63,189 bases of DNA, taken from NCBI GenBank assembly GCA_012800315.1, contig JAAZJO010000004.1, positions 1 to 63,189 on the forward strand, written 5' to 3'. Numbering within the stretch: the stretch's first letter is position 1; each line of letters begins with the position of its first letter. A program made the translations under genes and the position numbers. The notes under the pieces were generated by a model. The model ran no database searches, was not told where the DNA came from, and was given only the letters and a program-made list of their open reading frames with translations. This stretch comes from Candidatus Falkowbacteria bacterium (GTDB lineage: Bacteria; Patescibacteriota; Patescibacteriia; Patescibacteriales; UBA12465). Positions 49,449 to 59,053 of this stretch are shown piece after piece.

Positions 49449-50132
49449 ATGCTCAACCTTCTTTTTGGTTCAGATACGCGAGTAAAAATTCTCAACCTTT
49501 TTCTTCTTCATCCAGAAAATAGCTATAATATTTCCCAAATAACCCGTAATTTAAAGTTAACGGCTGCTTCAGTGCGCCGTGAGTTAGATAATTTAGTGGA
49601 ATTAGGGCTGATTAATGTTTTAATTAAACGAAACACTGATCCGACTGAAGAGGTTGAAAAAGAAATAACGACTAAGGGGGTGAATAAGAAGGGAAAAGGG
49701 AAAAATAAGAGGGAGCTAAAAACTAAAAAGAAAGAAGTAGGTAAAATTCAAGAAAAAAAATTTTTTAACATAAATAAAAATTTTATCCTTTATCCAGAGT
49801 TAAGGGCTTTTTTCATTAAAGCGCAAATTTTATCAAGTAAAAACTTTATTACTGCTTTAGAAAAAAACTTTCAACCAAAATTATTAATGCTAACTGGTTT
49901 TTTTACTAATTATCCAGAGGCTAAAACTGATCTTCTGATTGTTGGCTCAATTAAACGCCCTCCTTTTTTAAAATTAATCGCTGAGTTGGAAAAAGAATTA
50001 GAAAGAGAAATAAACTTTACTATTATGGGGGAAAAAGAATTTAGGTATCGTCAGGAGTTGATGGATATTTTTCTTTTTAATATTTTAGAAGGGAAAACTA
50101 TTACTTTAATTAATAATCTGTCTGATAAGTAA
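49449..50132 (+). CDS. Winged-helix protein with C-terminal degenerate nucleotidyltransferase-like domain
   Basis: LFGSDTRVKIL..ASVRRELDNLVELGLI (wHTH); LTGFF..KTDLLIVG..LEREINFTIM (MNT-like). Confidence 0.6.
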   Translation: MLNLLFGSDTRVKILNLFLLHPENSYNISQITRNLKLTAASVRRELDNLVELGLINVLIKRNTDPTEEVEKEITTKGVNKKGKGKNKRELKTKKKEVGKIQEKKFFNINKNFILYPELRAFFIKAQILSSKNFITALEKNFQPKLLMLTGFFTNYPEAKTDLLIVGSIKRPPFLKLIAELEKELEREINFTIMGEKEFRYRQELMDIFLFNILEGKTITLINNLSDK

Positions 50133-50133
50133 T

Positions 50134-52011
50134 ATGAAAGACATAATTATTAATATTCTAAGAATTTTTACTAAATTGCTAAAATACGCTCTGATTACTG
50201 TCATCGGGCTTTTTTTTATTTCAGTAATTTTATTAAGTGGAACAATTCGTGATTTTAGAGCAGCTTATCTTTCTGGCTTAGAGGGGAAAAATCAATTAAC
50301 AGAAGCATTTGCTCAGTTGAAATCAGGAAATTACGAGGAAGCTTTAAGGAATTCGCAGTTAGCTAATCTTAATTTTAATGCTTCTTTAGAAAGACTTAAT
50401 TCAGTTCAAAATAATATTTTTGTTAAAAAAATTTCTCTTTTCCGCACTCAGGTAAATTATCTAGAATATCTTTTTAAGACCACTGAAATATTAAGCAGTT
50501 CTTTGGAACGCTCAATTCCTCTTGTTAAGCAATTAGAGGAAATTAGTGGTGGGAAAGTTGGCAATAGTTTTGCTAATCTGGATAACCAAAATAAAAGTAA
50601 GTTTTTACAATTACTTTATGAGTCTGGCCCAGAAATTAATGGTCTAAAAGCTAATTTAAAGTTAGCTCTATTTAATATTGATAAGATTCATAAAATTAGT
50701 ATTTTATGGCCAGTTTATGGTCAAATAAGTGAATACAAAACCCAACTCCAAGAAGTTTCGTTTTTGCTGGAAAAAATAAGTTCATTAATACAAGTTTTAC
50801 CAACTTTAAGTGGTTATCCAGTAGAAAAAGAATTTTTAATTCTTTTACAAAATAATGATGAGTTAAGACCAACCGGAGGATTTATTGGTGTTTTTGGTTT
50901 AGCTCATGTAAAAAATGGCAATATTATTTCTTTAAAGACCAGTGATAGTTATCATCTAGATATGCCGGCTGTCAATAAATGGCAAAAAGAGCCACCGGCG
51001 CCATTAAAAAAATATTTAGAGGTAGAAAATTGGTATTTGCGTGATGCTAATTGGGTACCTGATTGGCCGTTAGCTGCCCAAAAAATAAATGAGATTTACA
51101 CTGGAGAAAGTTTAGCTATTGGTCAAGCAGCTCCTAATTTTGCTGGTATTATTGCTGTTAATCCCGATTTTGTGGGTGGTTTATTAAACTTAGTCGGTCC
51201 AATTAAGGCTAGTGGTGAGGAATATAATGCCCATAATTTTCAAGAATTATTGCAATATAATGTTGAGGTCGCTTATAAAGATCGTGATATTTCTTCTTGG
51301 GACCGCAAGGAAATAATTAATGAATTATTAGAGGAGTTAAAAACTCGTTTATTTAATTTATCCTCAAATCAATGGGTTGATTTAGCAAAAGTGATAACTG
51401 AGGCAATAGAGAGAAAAGATTTACAAATGTATTTTTTTGATTCAACCTTAGAAGAGTTAGTAAAAAATATCGGGGCAGCTGGGGAAATGAAGCAAACAGA
51501 TAGTGATTATTTAATGGTGGTTGATGCTAATTTAGCTGCCTTTAAAAGTGATGCGGTAGTTAAGAAAAAAATTGATTATAATCTTAGTCAGCGAAATAAT
51601 AAGACTACAGCAACCTTAACCTTAAATTATCGTCATGAAGGTGATTTTGATTGGCGAACAACTCGCTATCGCAGTTATACTAGAGTATATTTACCTTATG
51701 GTAGTCGCTTGATTACTAGTTCTGGCTTAGATAAAAACAAGGCGGATTGGAGTTCTACTGATGATCAGCTTTTAAATAAAACTGTTTTTGCCTTCTTTTT
51801 TACCGTTGAGCCAGGAACAGAAAAAGAAATTAGCCTTAGCTATTCTTTACCAGAAAGTATTAATCAGCAAATGACTGCTGGTACTTATAATCTTTTAGTC
51901 CAAAAACAATCTGGTCGGCGAACACAGGAATTGACGGTGACCATTAGTCCAGAAAAAGGTGGTGTTAAAAATTGGGTAACTGATTTATGGACTGATAAAT
52001 TTTTTCAATAA
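50134..52011 (+). CDS. DUF4012 domain protein
   Basis: N-terminal TM segment; LLQNNDELRPTGGFIG; LRDANWVPDWP. Confidence 0.85.
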   Translation: MKDIIINILRIFTKLLKYALITVIGLFFISVILLSGTIRDFRAAYLSGLEGKNQLTEAFAQLKSGNYEEALRNSQLANLNFNASLERLNSVQNNIFVKKISLFRTQVNYLEYLFKTTEILSSSLERSIPLVKQLEEISGGKVGNSFANLDNQNKSKFLQLLYESGPEINGLKANLKLALFNIDKIHKISILWPVYGQISEYKTQLQEVSFLLEKISSLIQVLPTLSGYPVEKEFLILLQNNDELRPTGGFIGVFGLAHVKNGNIISLKTSDSYHLDMPAVNKWQKEPPAPLKKYLEVENWYLRDANWVPDWPLAAQKINEIYTGESLAIGQAAPNFAGIIAVNPDFVGGLLNLVGPIKASGEEYNAHNFQELLQYNVEVAYKDRDISSWDRKEIINELLEELKTRLFNLSSNQWVDLAKVITEAIERKDLQMYFFDSTLEELVKNIGAAGEMKQTDSDYLMVVDANLAAFKSDAVVKKKIDYNLSQRNNKTTATLTLNYRHEGDFDWRTTRYRSYTRVYLPYGSRLITSSGLDKNKADWSSTDDQLLNKTVFAFFFTVEPGTEKEISLSYSLPESINQQMTAGTYNLLVQKQSGRRTQELTVTISPEKGGVKNWVTDLWTDKFFQ

Positions 52012-52029
52012 AGTAGAGATATTTTTTGT

Positions 52030-53328
52030 ATGAATATTTTTCTAATTTCAACCATCATTTTACTATTAATTATTATTGCCTTTCAGCCCAAGATTGGTAT
52101 TTATTTAATAGCCGCCTGCTTGCCGATAATTGGGCGAGATATAAACTTATATGGACTAGTTATTCCAATTTCTGATTTAGTGGCTTTATTAACTTTATAC
52201 GGCTTTGTAATAAATTTATTTTACCGAGTTATTTTTAAACCCAAAGATTGTATTAAAATAACTTGGCCATTATTTTTTCCCTTTTTAATCTTTTTCTTGA
52301 TGAATATTTTGTCAATTATTTTTTCTGCCAATCCCGCCTATTCTTTTTATTATTTTTTACGTTGGCCATTTTTTCTTTATGTTGCTTATATTTTTGTTCC
52401 AGCCAATGTTATTGTTGATACCAAAACCTTAAAAAATACGGTAGTGATTGTTTTTTTGAGCGCAATGGCAGTTTTATTTTCTGGTTATTTATCTTTAATT
52501 GGACAAGATTGGCAAAATAGTTTTTTCCGCTTAAAATCTGTTTATTTTTGGGGCGCTTATCCTTTTGGTGATAACCACAATTTAATTGCCGAGTTTTTAA
52601 ATATTGGCGTTTTCTTTGTTTTAGTGATTAAAGAATTTTTAAAAACCAAAAGAGGGAAGCGAGTAGCAAATATTGTTTTTTTCTTAACAGCTCTAGGAAT
52701 TATTTTAACTTTTTCGCGCGCTGGCTGGATTACTCTATTTTTACAGTTAGGAATTTATTTATTTTTCTGGACTAAAAATGATCGTAAAAAAAAGTTATCT
52801 ATAGCCATGTTTGCTCTTTTAGGAGTTGTGATTATTTCGCCCTTACTTTGGAAAATGAGCGTGCTTCAAGATAATAATACTAGCTCAACTGAGAATCGTC
52901 TTTTATTAACTGAAATTGCCTGGAACGCCTTTAAGGAAAAACCCCTCTTTGGTCATGGTAGTGGAGAGTTTATTAATTTAGTGGGCAATAATATTCGTTT
53001 TGTGGCTAAATATGGTGCACCGATTGATTCCCATGGCGCCTTACAGAAAGTTTTAGCAGAAAATGGTATTTTAGGCTTAATAAGCTGGTTGTTTATTTTA
53101 GCTTATCTAGCTAGATTTAGCTTTTTAGCTATTAAAAAATATTATCCAAAAGTATCCTGGGTCCTACCTTTTGCCCTAGCAGCACTCGGTGGAATATTTT
53201 TTCAATTTTTTAATACCTCATATTTCAAGGGGCGAGTCTGGTTTCCTTTAACTCTTTTTTACTTAGCGATAAAATTTTCTGAACAATTATATGTCAAAAA
53301 AAATAAAGATTCTTCACGTCTTACCTAA
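52030..53328 (+). CDS. O-antigen ligase (Wzy_C)-family membrane protein
   Basis: LTFSRAGWI, NRLLL..KPLFGHGSG, DSHGALQKVLAENGILG. Confidence 0.82.
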   Translation: MNIFLISTIILLLIIIAFQPKIGIYLIAACLPIIGRDINLYGLVIPISDLVALLTLYGFVINLFYRVIFKPKDCIKITWPLFFPFLIFFLMNILSIIFSANPAYSFYYFLRWPFFLYVAYIFVPANVIVDTKTLKNTVVIVFLSAMAVLFSGYLSLIGQDWQNSFFRLKSVYFWGAYPFGDNHNLIAEFLNIGVFFVLVIKEFLKTKRGKRVANIVFFLTALGIILTFSRAGWITLFLQLGIYLFFWTKNDRKKKLSIAMFALLGVVIISPLLWKMSVLQDNNTSSTENRLLLTEIAWNAFKEKPLFGHGSGEFINLVGNNIRFVAKYGAPIDSHGALQKVLAENGILGLISWLFILAYLARFSFLAIKKYYPKVSWVLPFALAALGGIFFQFFNTSYFKGRVWFPLTLFYLAIKFSEQLYVKKNKDSSRLT

Positions 53329-54424
53329 TTTAAGTCAGGGAGGCGCAGAAAAAATTTGCCGTGAACTTTTACTGAAAATTGATCCAGAAAAATTTTCTTC
53401 TGCTCTTTTATTATTTAAAGATAATAATTCAGTTCAAGTGGGTAGAGAAGAGTTGTTAAATAATAATATTGAAATAATTTCTTTGCGTAAAAGATGTTTA
53501 TTTGATTTGTTTAATTTTTGGAAAATAATAAAGGCGATAAAAAAATATCAGCCAGATATTGTTCACACCCATCTCGGAGGGGATATTTATGGCCGTCTAG
53601 CAGCCAAATTAGTAGCCGTACCGATAATTGTTTCCACTGAACATAATTTAAATAACAGTGAACGTCGCTTAGCTACTATCGCTAAAAAAATTACTGCTCG
53701 TTATGCTACTAAAATTTTTGCTGTTTCTGAAGCAGTGAAAAAAGATGCTCTTAAACGGTACAATATCCCGACAAAAAAAATAGAAGTTATTTATAATGGA
53801 ATAGATATTACTGAGTTTAAAGCTAATAATTTTAAAACTAATGATTTAAAAAACGATGATTTAATTGTCTTTGGCGCCTTAGGTCGCTTAACGGAGCAGA
53901 AAGGATTTGCAACTTTGATTGAGGCAGCTGCTCAATTAAAAAATAAAAATTATTTACTTAAAATAGCTGGTGTTGGCGAGTTGGCAGAAAAATTAAATAA
54001 AAGAATTACTGAATTAGGTTTAAATAAACAAGTTCAATTAGTGGGGGCAGTTAAAGCAGCTGATTTTTTAGCTAGTTTAGATATTTTTGTTTTTCCTTCA
54101 CTTTGGGAAGGTTTGGGTTTAGCTATTTTAGAAGCTGGCGCTTTAGCTAAGCCAGTAATTGCTAGTGATATTGATGGTATTAAAGAAGTTTTAAATGATG
54201 ATAATGCTTGGCTTTTTCCGGCCGGTGAAATAGATAAATTGGCGGCCAGAATGGATTTTGTGATGACCAATTTAGAAAGCGCGGCAGTTAAAATAAAAGC
54301 GGAAAAATTAAAAAATTTAATCAATAAGCATTTTAATTTAGATCTTATGATTGAGGCTTATAGAGAGTGGTATGAAATTTTACTTTTAGAGAAATCGCTT
54401 ATTAAAAATGATGTAAAAAAATAA
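53291..54424 (+). CDS. Glycosyltransferase family 4
   Basis: GGAEK, GRLTEQKG, PSLWEGLGLAILEA. Confidence 0.9.
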   Translation: MSKKIKILHVLPNLSQGGAEKICRELLLKIDPEKFSSALLLFKDNNSVQVGREELLNNNIEIISLRKRCLFDLFNFWKIIKAIKKYQPDIVHTHLGGDIYGRLAAKLVAVPIIVSTEHNLNNSERRLATIAKKITARYATKIFAVSEAVKKDALKRYNIPTKKIEVIYNGIDITEFKANNFKTNDLKNDDLIVFGALGRLTEQKGFATLIEAAAQLKNKNYLLKIAGVGELAEKLNKRITELGLNKQVQLVGAVKAADFLASLDIFVFPSLWEGLGLAILEAGALAKPVIASDIDGIKEVLNDDNAWLFPAGEIDKLAARMDFVMTNLESAAVKIKAEKLKNLINKHFNLDLMIEAYREWYEILLLEKSLIKNDVKK

Positions 54425-54428
54425 TTAT

Positions 54429-55679
54429 ATGCGTATTCTTCAAGTCAATAAATTTTATTATTCTCACGGCGGAGCTGATAAATACTTTCTTAATTTAACA
54501 GACGCCTTAAAGAAATCTGGACAGACAGTGGCTGTTTTTTCGATGACTCACCCGAAAAATTTGGCTAGTGAATTTAAGCAATATTTTGTTTCGCAAATTG
54601 AATTTAATAATGCCTCTTTAAGTGATAAATTAAAAGCGCCGGGGCGAATAATTTATAGTTTAGAGGCAAAAAGAAAGTTTAAAAAACTAGTTAATGATTT
54701 TCAACCAGATATTATTCATGTTCATAATATTTACCACCAAATTTCACCCTCAATTTTAGATGTGGCTAAGCGAAAGAGAATTCCGGTGATCATGCATTTA
54801 CATGATTATAAGTTACTTTGTCCGAACTATCAATTATTTACTCAAGGACAAACTTGTGAAGCGTGCCGGCCGAAAAAATATGGTCAATGTGTACGAAAAA
54901 AATGCTTTAAAGAATCGTTAGCTAAAAGTTTCTTGGCTAGCAGTGAAATGTTTATCCATCATTCATTATTAAAAATATATAAAAAAAACATTACTCTCTT
55001 TATTGCTCCAAGTAATTTTATGAAAAAGAAAGTGGTGGGGTTTGCTTGGCCTGCTGATAAAGTTAGGGTGGTTGTTAATCCTTTTTCTATAGATGAAGAG
55101 ACAGGGAAGGAGCAGGGGATAGAGAAAAATAAAATATCAACAGCGGAAGATTATTTATTATACTTTGGTCGCTTGTCAAAAGAAAAGGGAATTGAAACTT
55201 TAATTAAGGCAGCAGCGTTAACTAAAACTAAGGTAAAATTGGCTGGTACTGGTCCGGAGGAACTGAGATTAAAGGAGGCAGCTAAAATAACAGGCGCCCG
55301 AGTTGATTTTTTAGGTTTTAAAAATGGACCAGAATTGCGCCAGATAATCACTAAAGCTAAAGCGGTGCTTATTCCCTCAATTTGGTATGAAAACATGCCC
55401 TTAAGCCTCCTAGAGGCCCTTAGCCTAGGAAAAATAGTGATAGCCGCTAATATTGGTGGTTTGCCAGAAATTATTCATAATGGAGAAAATGGATTTCTAT
55501 TTGAACCTCAAAATATTGAGGATTTGAAGACTAAAATTTCCTTACTAGATACTCTTGATGAAGAGAAAAAACAATCTATTCAAAAGCGCGCCAAAGAGAG
55601 CGTAGCTCACTTAACCCCCGAAAATAATCTCAAAGAAATTTTAAATATCTATCAAGAGATTTTGAAAAATAAAAAATAA
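54429..55679 (+). CDS. Glycosyltransferase family 4
   Basis: YFGRLSKEKG, PSIWYENMPLSLLEA. Confidence 0.9.
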   Translation: MRILQVNKFYYSHGGADKYFLNLTDALKKSGQTVAVFSMTHPKNLASEFKQYFVSQIEFNNASLSDKLKAPGRIIYSLEAKRKFKKLVNDFQPDIIHVHNIYHQISPSILDVAKRKRIPVIMHLHDYKLLCPNYQLFTQGQTCEACRPKKYGQCVRKKCFKESLAKSFLASSEMFIHHSLLKIYKKNITLFIAPSNFMKKKVVGFAWPADKVRVVVNPFSIDEETGKEQGIEKNKISTAEDYLLYFGRLSKEKGIETLIKAAALTKTKVKLAGTGPEELRLKEAAKITGARVDFLGFKNGPELRQIITKAKAVLIPSIWYENMPLSLLEALSLGKIVIAANIGGLPEIIHNGENGFLFEPQNIEDLKTKISLLDTLDEEKKQSIQKRAKESVAHLTPENNLKEILNIYQEILKNKK

Positions 55680-55702
55680 TTTTTTAAGAAAACATTAATA
55701 AA

Positions 55703-55733
55703 AAAAACAAGCTCCACTGAGAAGCTTGTTTTT
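55703..55733. terminator. Bidirectional terminator
   Basis: AAAAACAAGCT-CCACTGAGA-AGCTTGTTTTT. Confidence 0.75.
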
Positions 55734-55759
55734 ATAAATATTTTAATAATTAATTTTAC

Positions 55760-57037
55760 TTATCTAACTTGAAAAGAGATACTATAGCTTAATTCTGAAT
55801 CGTTGCCGGTAACTTTTATATCATAAACACCGTTGGCGACATTTGGCACTTTAATTTTAGTTGAGAAGCGACCACGATAATCAGTGGCTATATTTTTTAA
55901 AGAGGCATTATTAAAACTAAGATTCACTTCTTCTTGTGGCAAGAATCCGCCACCAGAGACTAAAACCTCTGAATCAACTGTGGCCATATTATGATTTAGA
56001 TTTAGGAACAGGCTTTCTAAAGGATAAATTTCCGCTTCGGCAGTTGCTGTTAGAGAGGCAATTTTATCAAGTTTATCATCTAAAACTAAGATATTAGAAT
56101 TATTGAAAATAATAATTTTATCTCCTTGATTATAAACAACTTTTAAGCCCATGGCCCAGCCAGCATAACCACCTAAATTACCAGTCCAAGCATAATCTTC
56201 TAAGCCCATTTCACTATTAAGTTTAACTACACCAACTCCATTAGAAAAATAAACATGATTAGTTAAGCCACTAGCTGCCATATCAAAACCTTGATAATCA
56301 AGATGAGTAAAGGAGCCTAATAATTTTCCGTTTAAATCAAATTTTTTTGCTTGATAATCATCTACTACATAAATATTATTATTAAGATCTTGATAAGCGC
56401 GACGATTTCCTTTTTCAAATTTAAAGTTAAGTGGTATTTGGGTAATAATGGAATCTTTATTAATGTCATAAATTAGTAAAGCACTTTCTTCTTCATCAAC
56501 ACTTAACAAAAATTGATCATTGCCACTGATATTATAAGGGGCGTTAATATTTTTAAAATCATAAGCAACAATTGATTCTAAATCAGTATTATATACTTTT
56601 ACTCCTTTAGCACTAATAGTTATTAATTTATCACCAATCTTATCAACACGGTTATGCCATTCCCAAAAAGAATTAGTGGTTTTTTTAACTAACTCAAAAT
56701 TAGTTCCAATAATTTCATATTTATAAATTGTATAGTTGCTGACAGCATAAACATACAAGTGATCATCCTCTGTAGAAAACTTAGCATCAAAAAACTTCCC
56801 ATAAGAATTAAATAGGGAATTATAGGGACGTATTTTAGTTAAAGGTACTAATTCTTTATCGGCTAATTTAAAAATTTCTAAACTGCCAGTATTAGTAGTT
56901 ACAATATAAACATTATTTTGATACGATATTGCATCACCAGAATAATAGGATTGAGTAATACTTTCTCCTGGCTTAACAATAAAGAAGATGGAAATCAGGG
57001 ACACTAGGACCACTGAAAAGATTATAATTTTTTTCAT
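55760..57037 (-). CDS. Secreted/anchored beta-rich (propeller-like) protein with C-terminal Ig-like domain
   Basis: N-terminal hydrophobic segment, repeated 4-strand units, C-terminal VSGGGFLPQE..TD..G.F...I.VP....G.Y.I.V.G. Confidence 0.45.
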   Translation of the reverse strand: MKKIIIFSVVLVSLISIFFIVKPGESITQSYYSGDAISYQNNVYIVTTNTGSLEIFKLADKELVPLTKIRPYNSLFNSYGKFFDAKFSTEDDHLYVYAVSNYTIYKYEIIGTNFELVKKTTNSFWEWHNRVDKIGDKLITISAKGVKVYNTDLESIVAYDFKNINAPYNISGNDQFLLSVDEEESALLIYDINKDSIITQIPLNFKFEKGNRRAYQDLNNNIYVVDDYQAKKFDLNGKLLGSFTHLDYQGFDMAASGLTNHVYFSNGVGVVKLNSEMGLEDYAWTGNLGGYAGWAMGLKVVYNQGDKIIIFNNSNILVLDDKLDKIASLTATAEAEIYPLESLFLNLNHNMATVDSEVLVSGGGFLPQEEVNLSFNNASLKNIATDYRGRFSTKIKVPNVANGVYDIKVTGNDSELSYSISFQVR

Positions 57038-57057
57038 ATATTTTTTTACTTCCCATA

Positions 57058-57135
57058 ATTATGCACTATATTAATAATTTTGTCAAGCCCTTTGCCAAGC
57101 CAACTATTGACAAATGAAAATAATTGTAGTATAAA
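57058..57135. promoter_or_regulatory. Divergent sigma70 promoters
   Basis: Minus strand TTGACA(57086-57081)-17-CATAAT; plus strand TTGACA(57107-57112)-17-TATAAA. Confidence 0.6.
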
Positions 57136-57168
57136 GTAAAGATATAAAATAAATAAATTAAAGAATAT

Positions 57169-57978
57169 ATGGAATTCCATGACTTTTTAGCTTTAATTAA
57201 GAGAAAAAAGCAAACAATCCTGGTTATTATGTTAATTGGGATTGTGCTTACAGCAATTGCTTCTTTAGCGCAAACAATGAAGTATAGCACTCATTCTCGT
57301 CTTTTAGTGGTGCAAAACTCGGTTGGGGATGATACTTATGCTTTATCAAAATCTAATGAATATTTAGGTAATTTGTTTGCAGAAATTATTCGCTCCAGTT
57401 CATTTTATGATCAAATATTAAATTCTAATTTAAATATTGATCGTAGCTACTTTGCTGGAACTTATGGTCAGCAAATAAAAAAGTGGCAAAAAACTGTAGA
57501 AACAAAGACCCAAAGTAATACTGGAATTATTGATGTTACTGTTTATCATCCAAATGTTCAGGAAGCGAAAAAAATAGCTTTAGCTATTAATAATATTTTA
57601 ATTAGTAGTAATCAAAATTATCAGAGCGGACAGAGCGTGAGAATAAATATTATTGATCAACCATTATCATCTGCTTATCCAACTAAACCAAATTTACCTT
57701 TTAATCTTTTAGCGGCTACTTTAATTTCTTTATTTCTAGCTCTCTTCTATATTTATATTTTTCCAGAAGAAAAATATGATCTTCATCTTATTAATAAAAG
57801 AAAAAAGAAAGTTAAAAAATTAAATAAAAAGATGGCTGGATTATTAGAATATGAAACTGCAAAATATGGAGAAATAAGCAAAGAAGTAGTTGAGACTGAA
57901 AGAGAAGCAGCGGAAACCAAAACAACGGAAGAGTCTGATCAGTTAAGTGGTGATATTAGAAATATTATTGGGCGATAA
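57169..57978 (+). CDS. Polysaccharide chain-length determinant (Wzz/CpsC/YveK-like)
   Basis: Two TM segments; YSTHSRLLV, IIDVTV.HPN..A..IA, IIDQP....PTKPN. Confidence 0.85.
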   Translation: MEFHDFLALIKRKKQTILVIMLIGIVLTAIASLAQTMKYSTHSRLLVVQNSVGDDTYALSKSNEYLGNLFAEIIRSSSFYDQILNSNLNIDRSYFAGTYGQQIKKWQKTVETKTQSNTGIIDVTVYHPNVQEAKKIALAINNILISSNQNYQSGQSVRINIIDQPLSSAYPTKPNLPFNLLAATLISLFLALFYIYIFPEEKYDLHLINKRKKKVKKLNKKMAGLLEYETAKYGEISKEVVETEREAAETKTTEESDQLSGDIRNIIGR

Positions 57979-58005
57979 GAAAAAGTTAATTATATAGCGT
58001 ACCTC

Positions 58006-58033
58006 TTGACAAAAATAGAAAAAGTATTATAAT
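58006..58033 (+). promoter_or_regulatory. Sigma70 promoter
   Basis: TTGACA-16-TATAAT. Confidence 0.7.
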
Positions 58034-58093
58034 TAAATGAAAAACTTTTTATAGTTTTCAAATAAAAGTACATTAACAATTAAAATAAATATA

Positions 58094-59005
58094 ATGAGAA
58101 AGGTACTATTGCTGGTTTTAACCATATTGTCCGCGGCTTACGCCGTGGGGCAGGGCACAAAAAGTGCTAGGCCCTTGGTTGAATACCGAGGGACAACTAT
58201 GGTCTCCGTTTTTGCCGGCGGACACGTCGCGCAAAAAAATGTGAACAACCGGGGTGATTGGTACGGAGTTTATTTGGAGCATTTACCGCTCCAGCTTCTC
58301 ATTTCCGAATATAAACATTTGAACTTGGGCTTAGCAGCCCTAGCAGCAAAAAGTTTATACGAAGGAAATGATCAGGAGCATAAAAACTCCAACACCGATT
58401 ATTCCTTCGGTTTCGGTTTTAGCGGCGGTTTTTATAACTACCGCTTTTCTAAGAATTCTGCCATTTATATTGGCGCCAACTCTTTAATAAAGAGGGGGCA
58501 AGAAATCATAAATGGTAGAACTTCCGAGAGTGCCGGCAGATATCTGGCTGACGGTCAGTACATAATCTGGTCCTCAGAACTGAATATCAACGTCATGAAG
58601 ACGTATGAGTCAGGTTTGAAGAACTGGCCACGTACTCAGTTACGGCTAGTATATCAAAAGCCACTGCGAAATGAACGTGATGCTTTTTGGGATGCTGTGC
58701 CGCTGTCTGAGTCTACAATTTGGGACAAGACAGTGTACATGAGCGAGCTAAAAGCTAGTCTCTATCGCTATGGGAAAAGAGTTATACTAGAACCAAAAGT
58801 TATAGCTGGTTATCATTTCTATGAAGGTGATAATAGCCAGTGGATAATTGCTGGTCTAGAGCTTGCACTAAGGAAGTTTAATTGGGACGACTTTTTGTCT
58901 GTCTCATTCTCTCTAAAACGTCAGGTTGGAAATTATGCTCCAAACTTGAACGAAACCCAATTTCTTTTGGGTGTAAATTTTATGCCTTTTAACTTAAAAA
59001 GGTAG
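58094..59005 (+). CDS. Secreted hypothetical protein, predicted outer-membrane-type beta-barrel; elevated GC
   Basis: Signal peptide, many amphipathic beta-strands, C-terminal QFLLGVNF strand. Confidence 0.5.
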   Translation: MRKVLLLVLTILSAAYAVGQGTKSARPLVEYRGTTMVSVFAGGHVAQKNVNNRGDWYGVYLEHLPLQLLISEYKHLNLGLAALAAKSLYEGNDQEHKNSNTDYSFGFGFSGGFYNYRFSKNSAIYIGANSLIKRGQEIINGRTSESAGRYLADGQYIIWSSELNINVMKTYESGLKNWPRTQLRLVYQKPLRNERDAFWDAVPLSESTIWDKTVYMSELKASLYRYGKRVILEPKVIAGYHFYEGDNSQWIIAGLELALRKFNWDDFLSVSFSLKRQVGNYAPNLNETQFLLGVNFMPFNLKR

Positions 59006-59053
59006 GAGATTGGTTGAAATTAATTGTTAATATGATTGTAAAAAAAATTAGAA

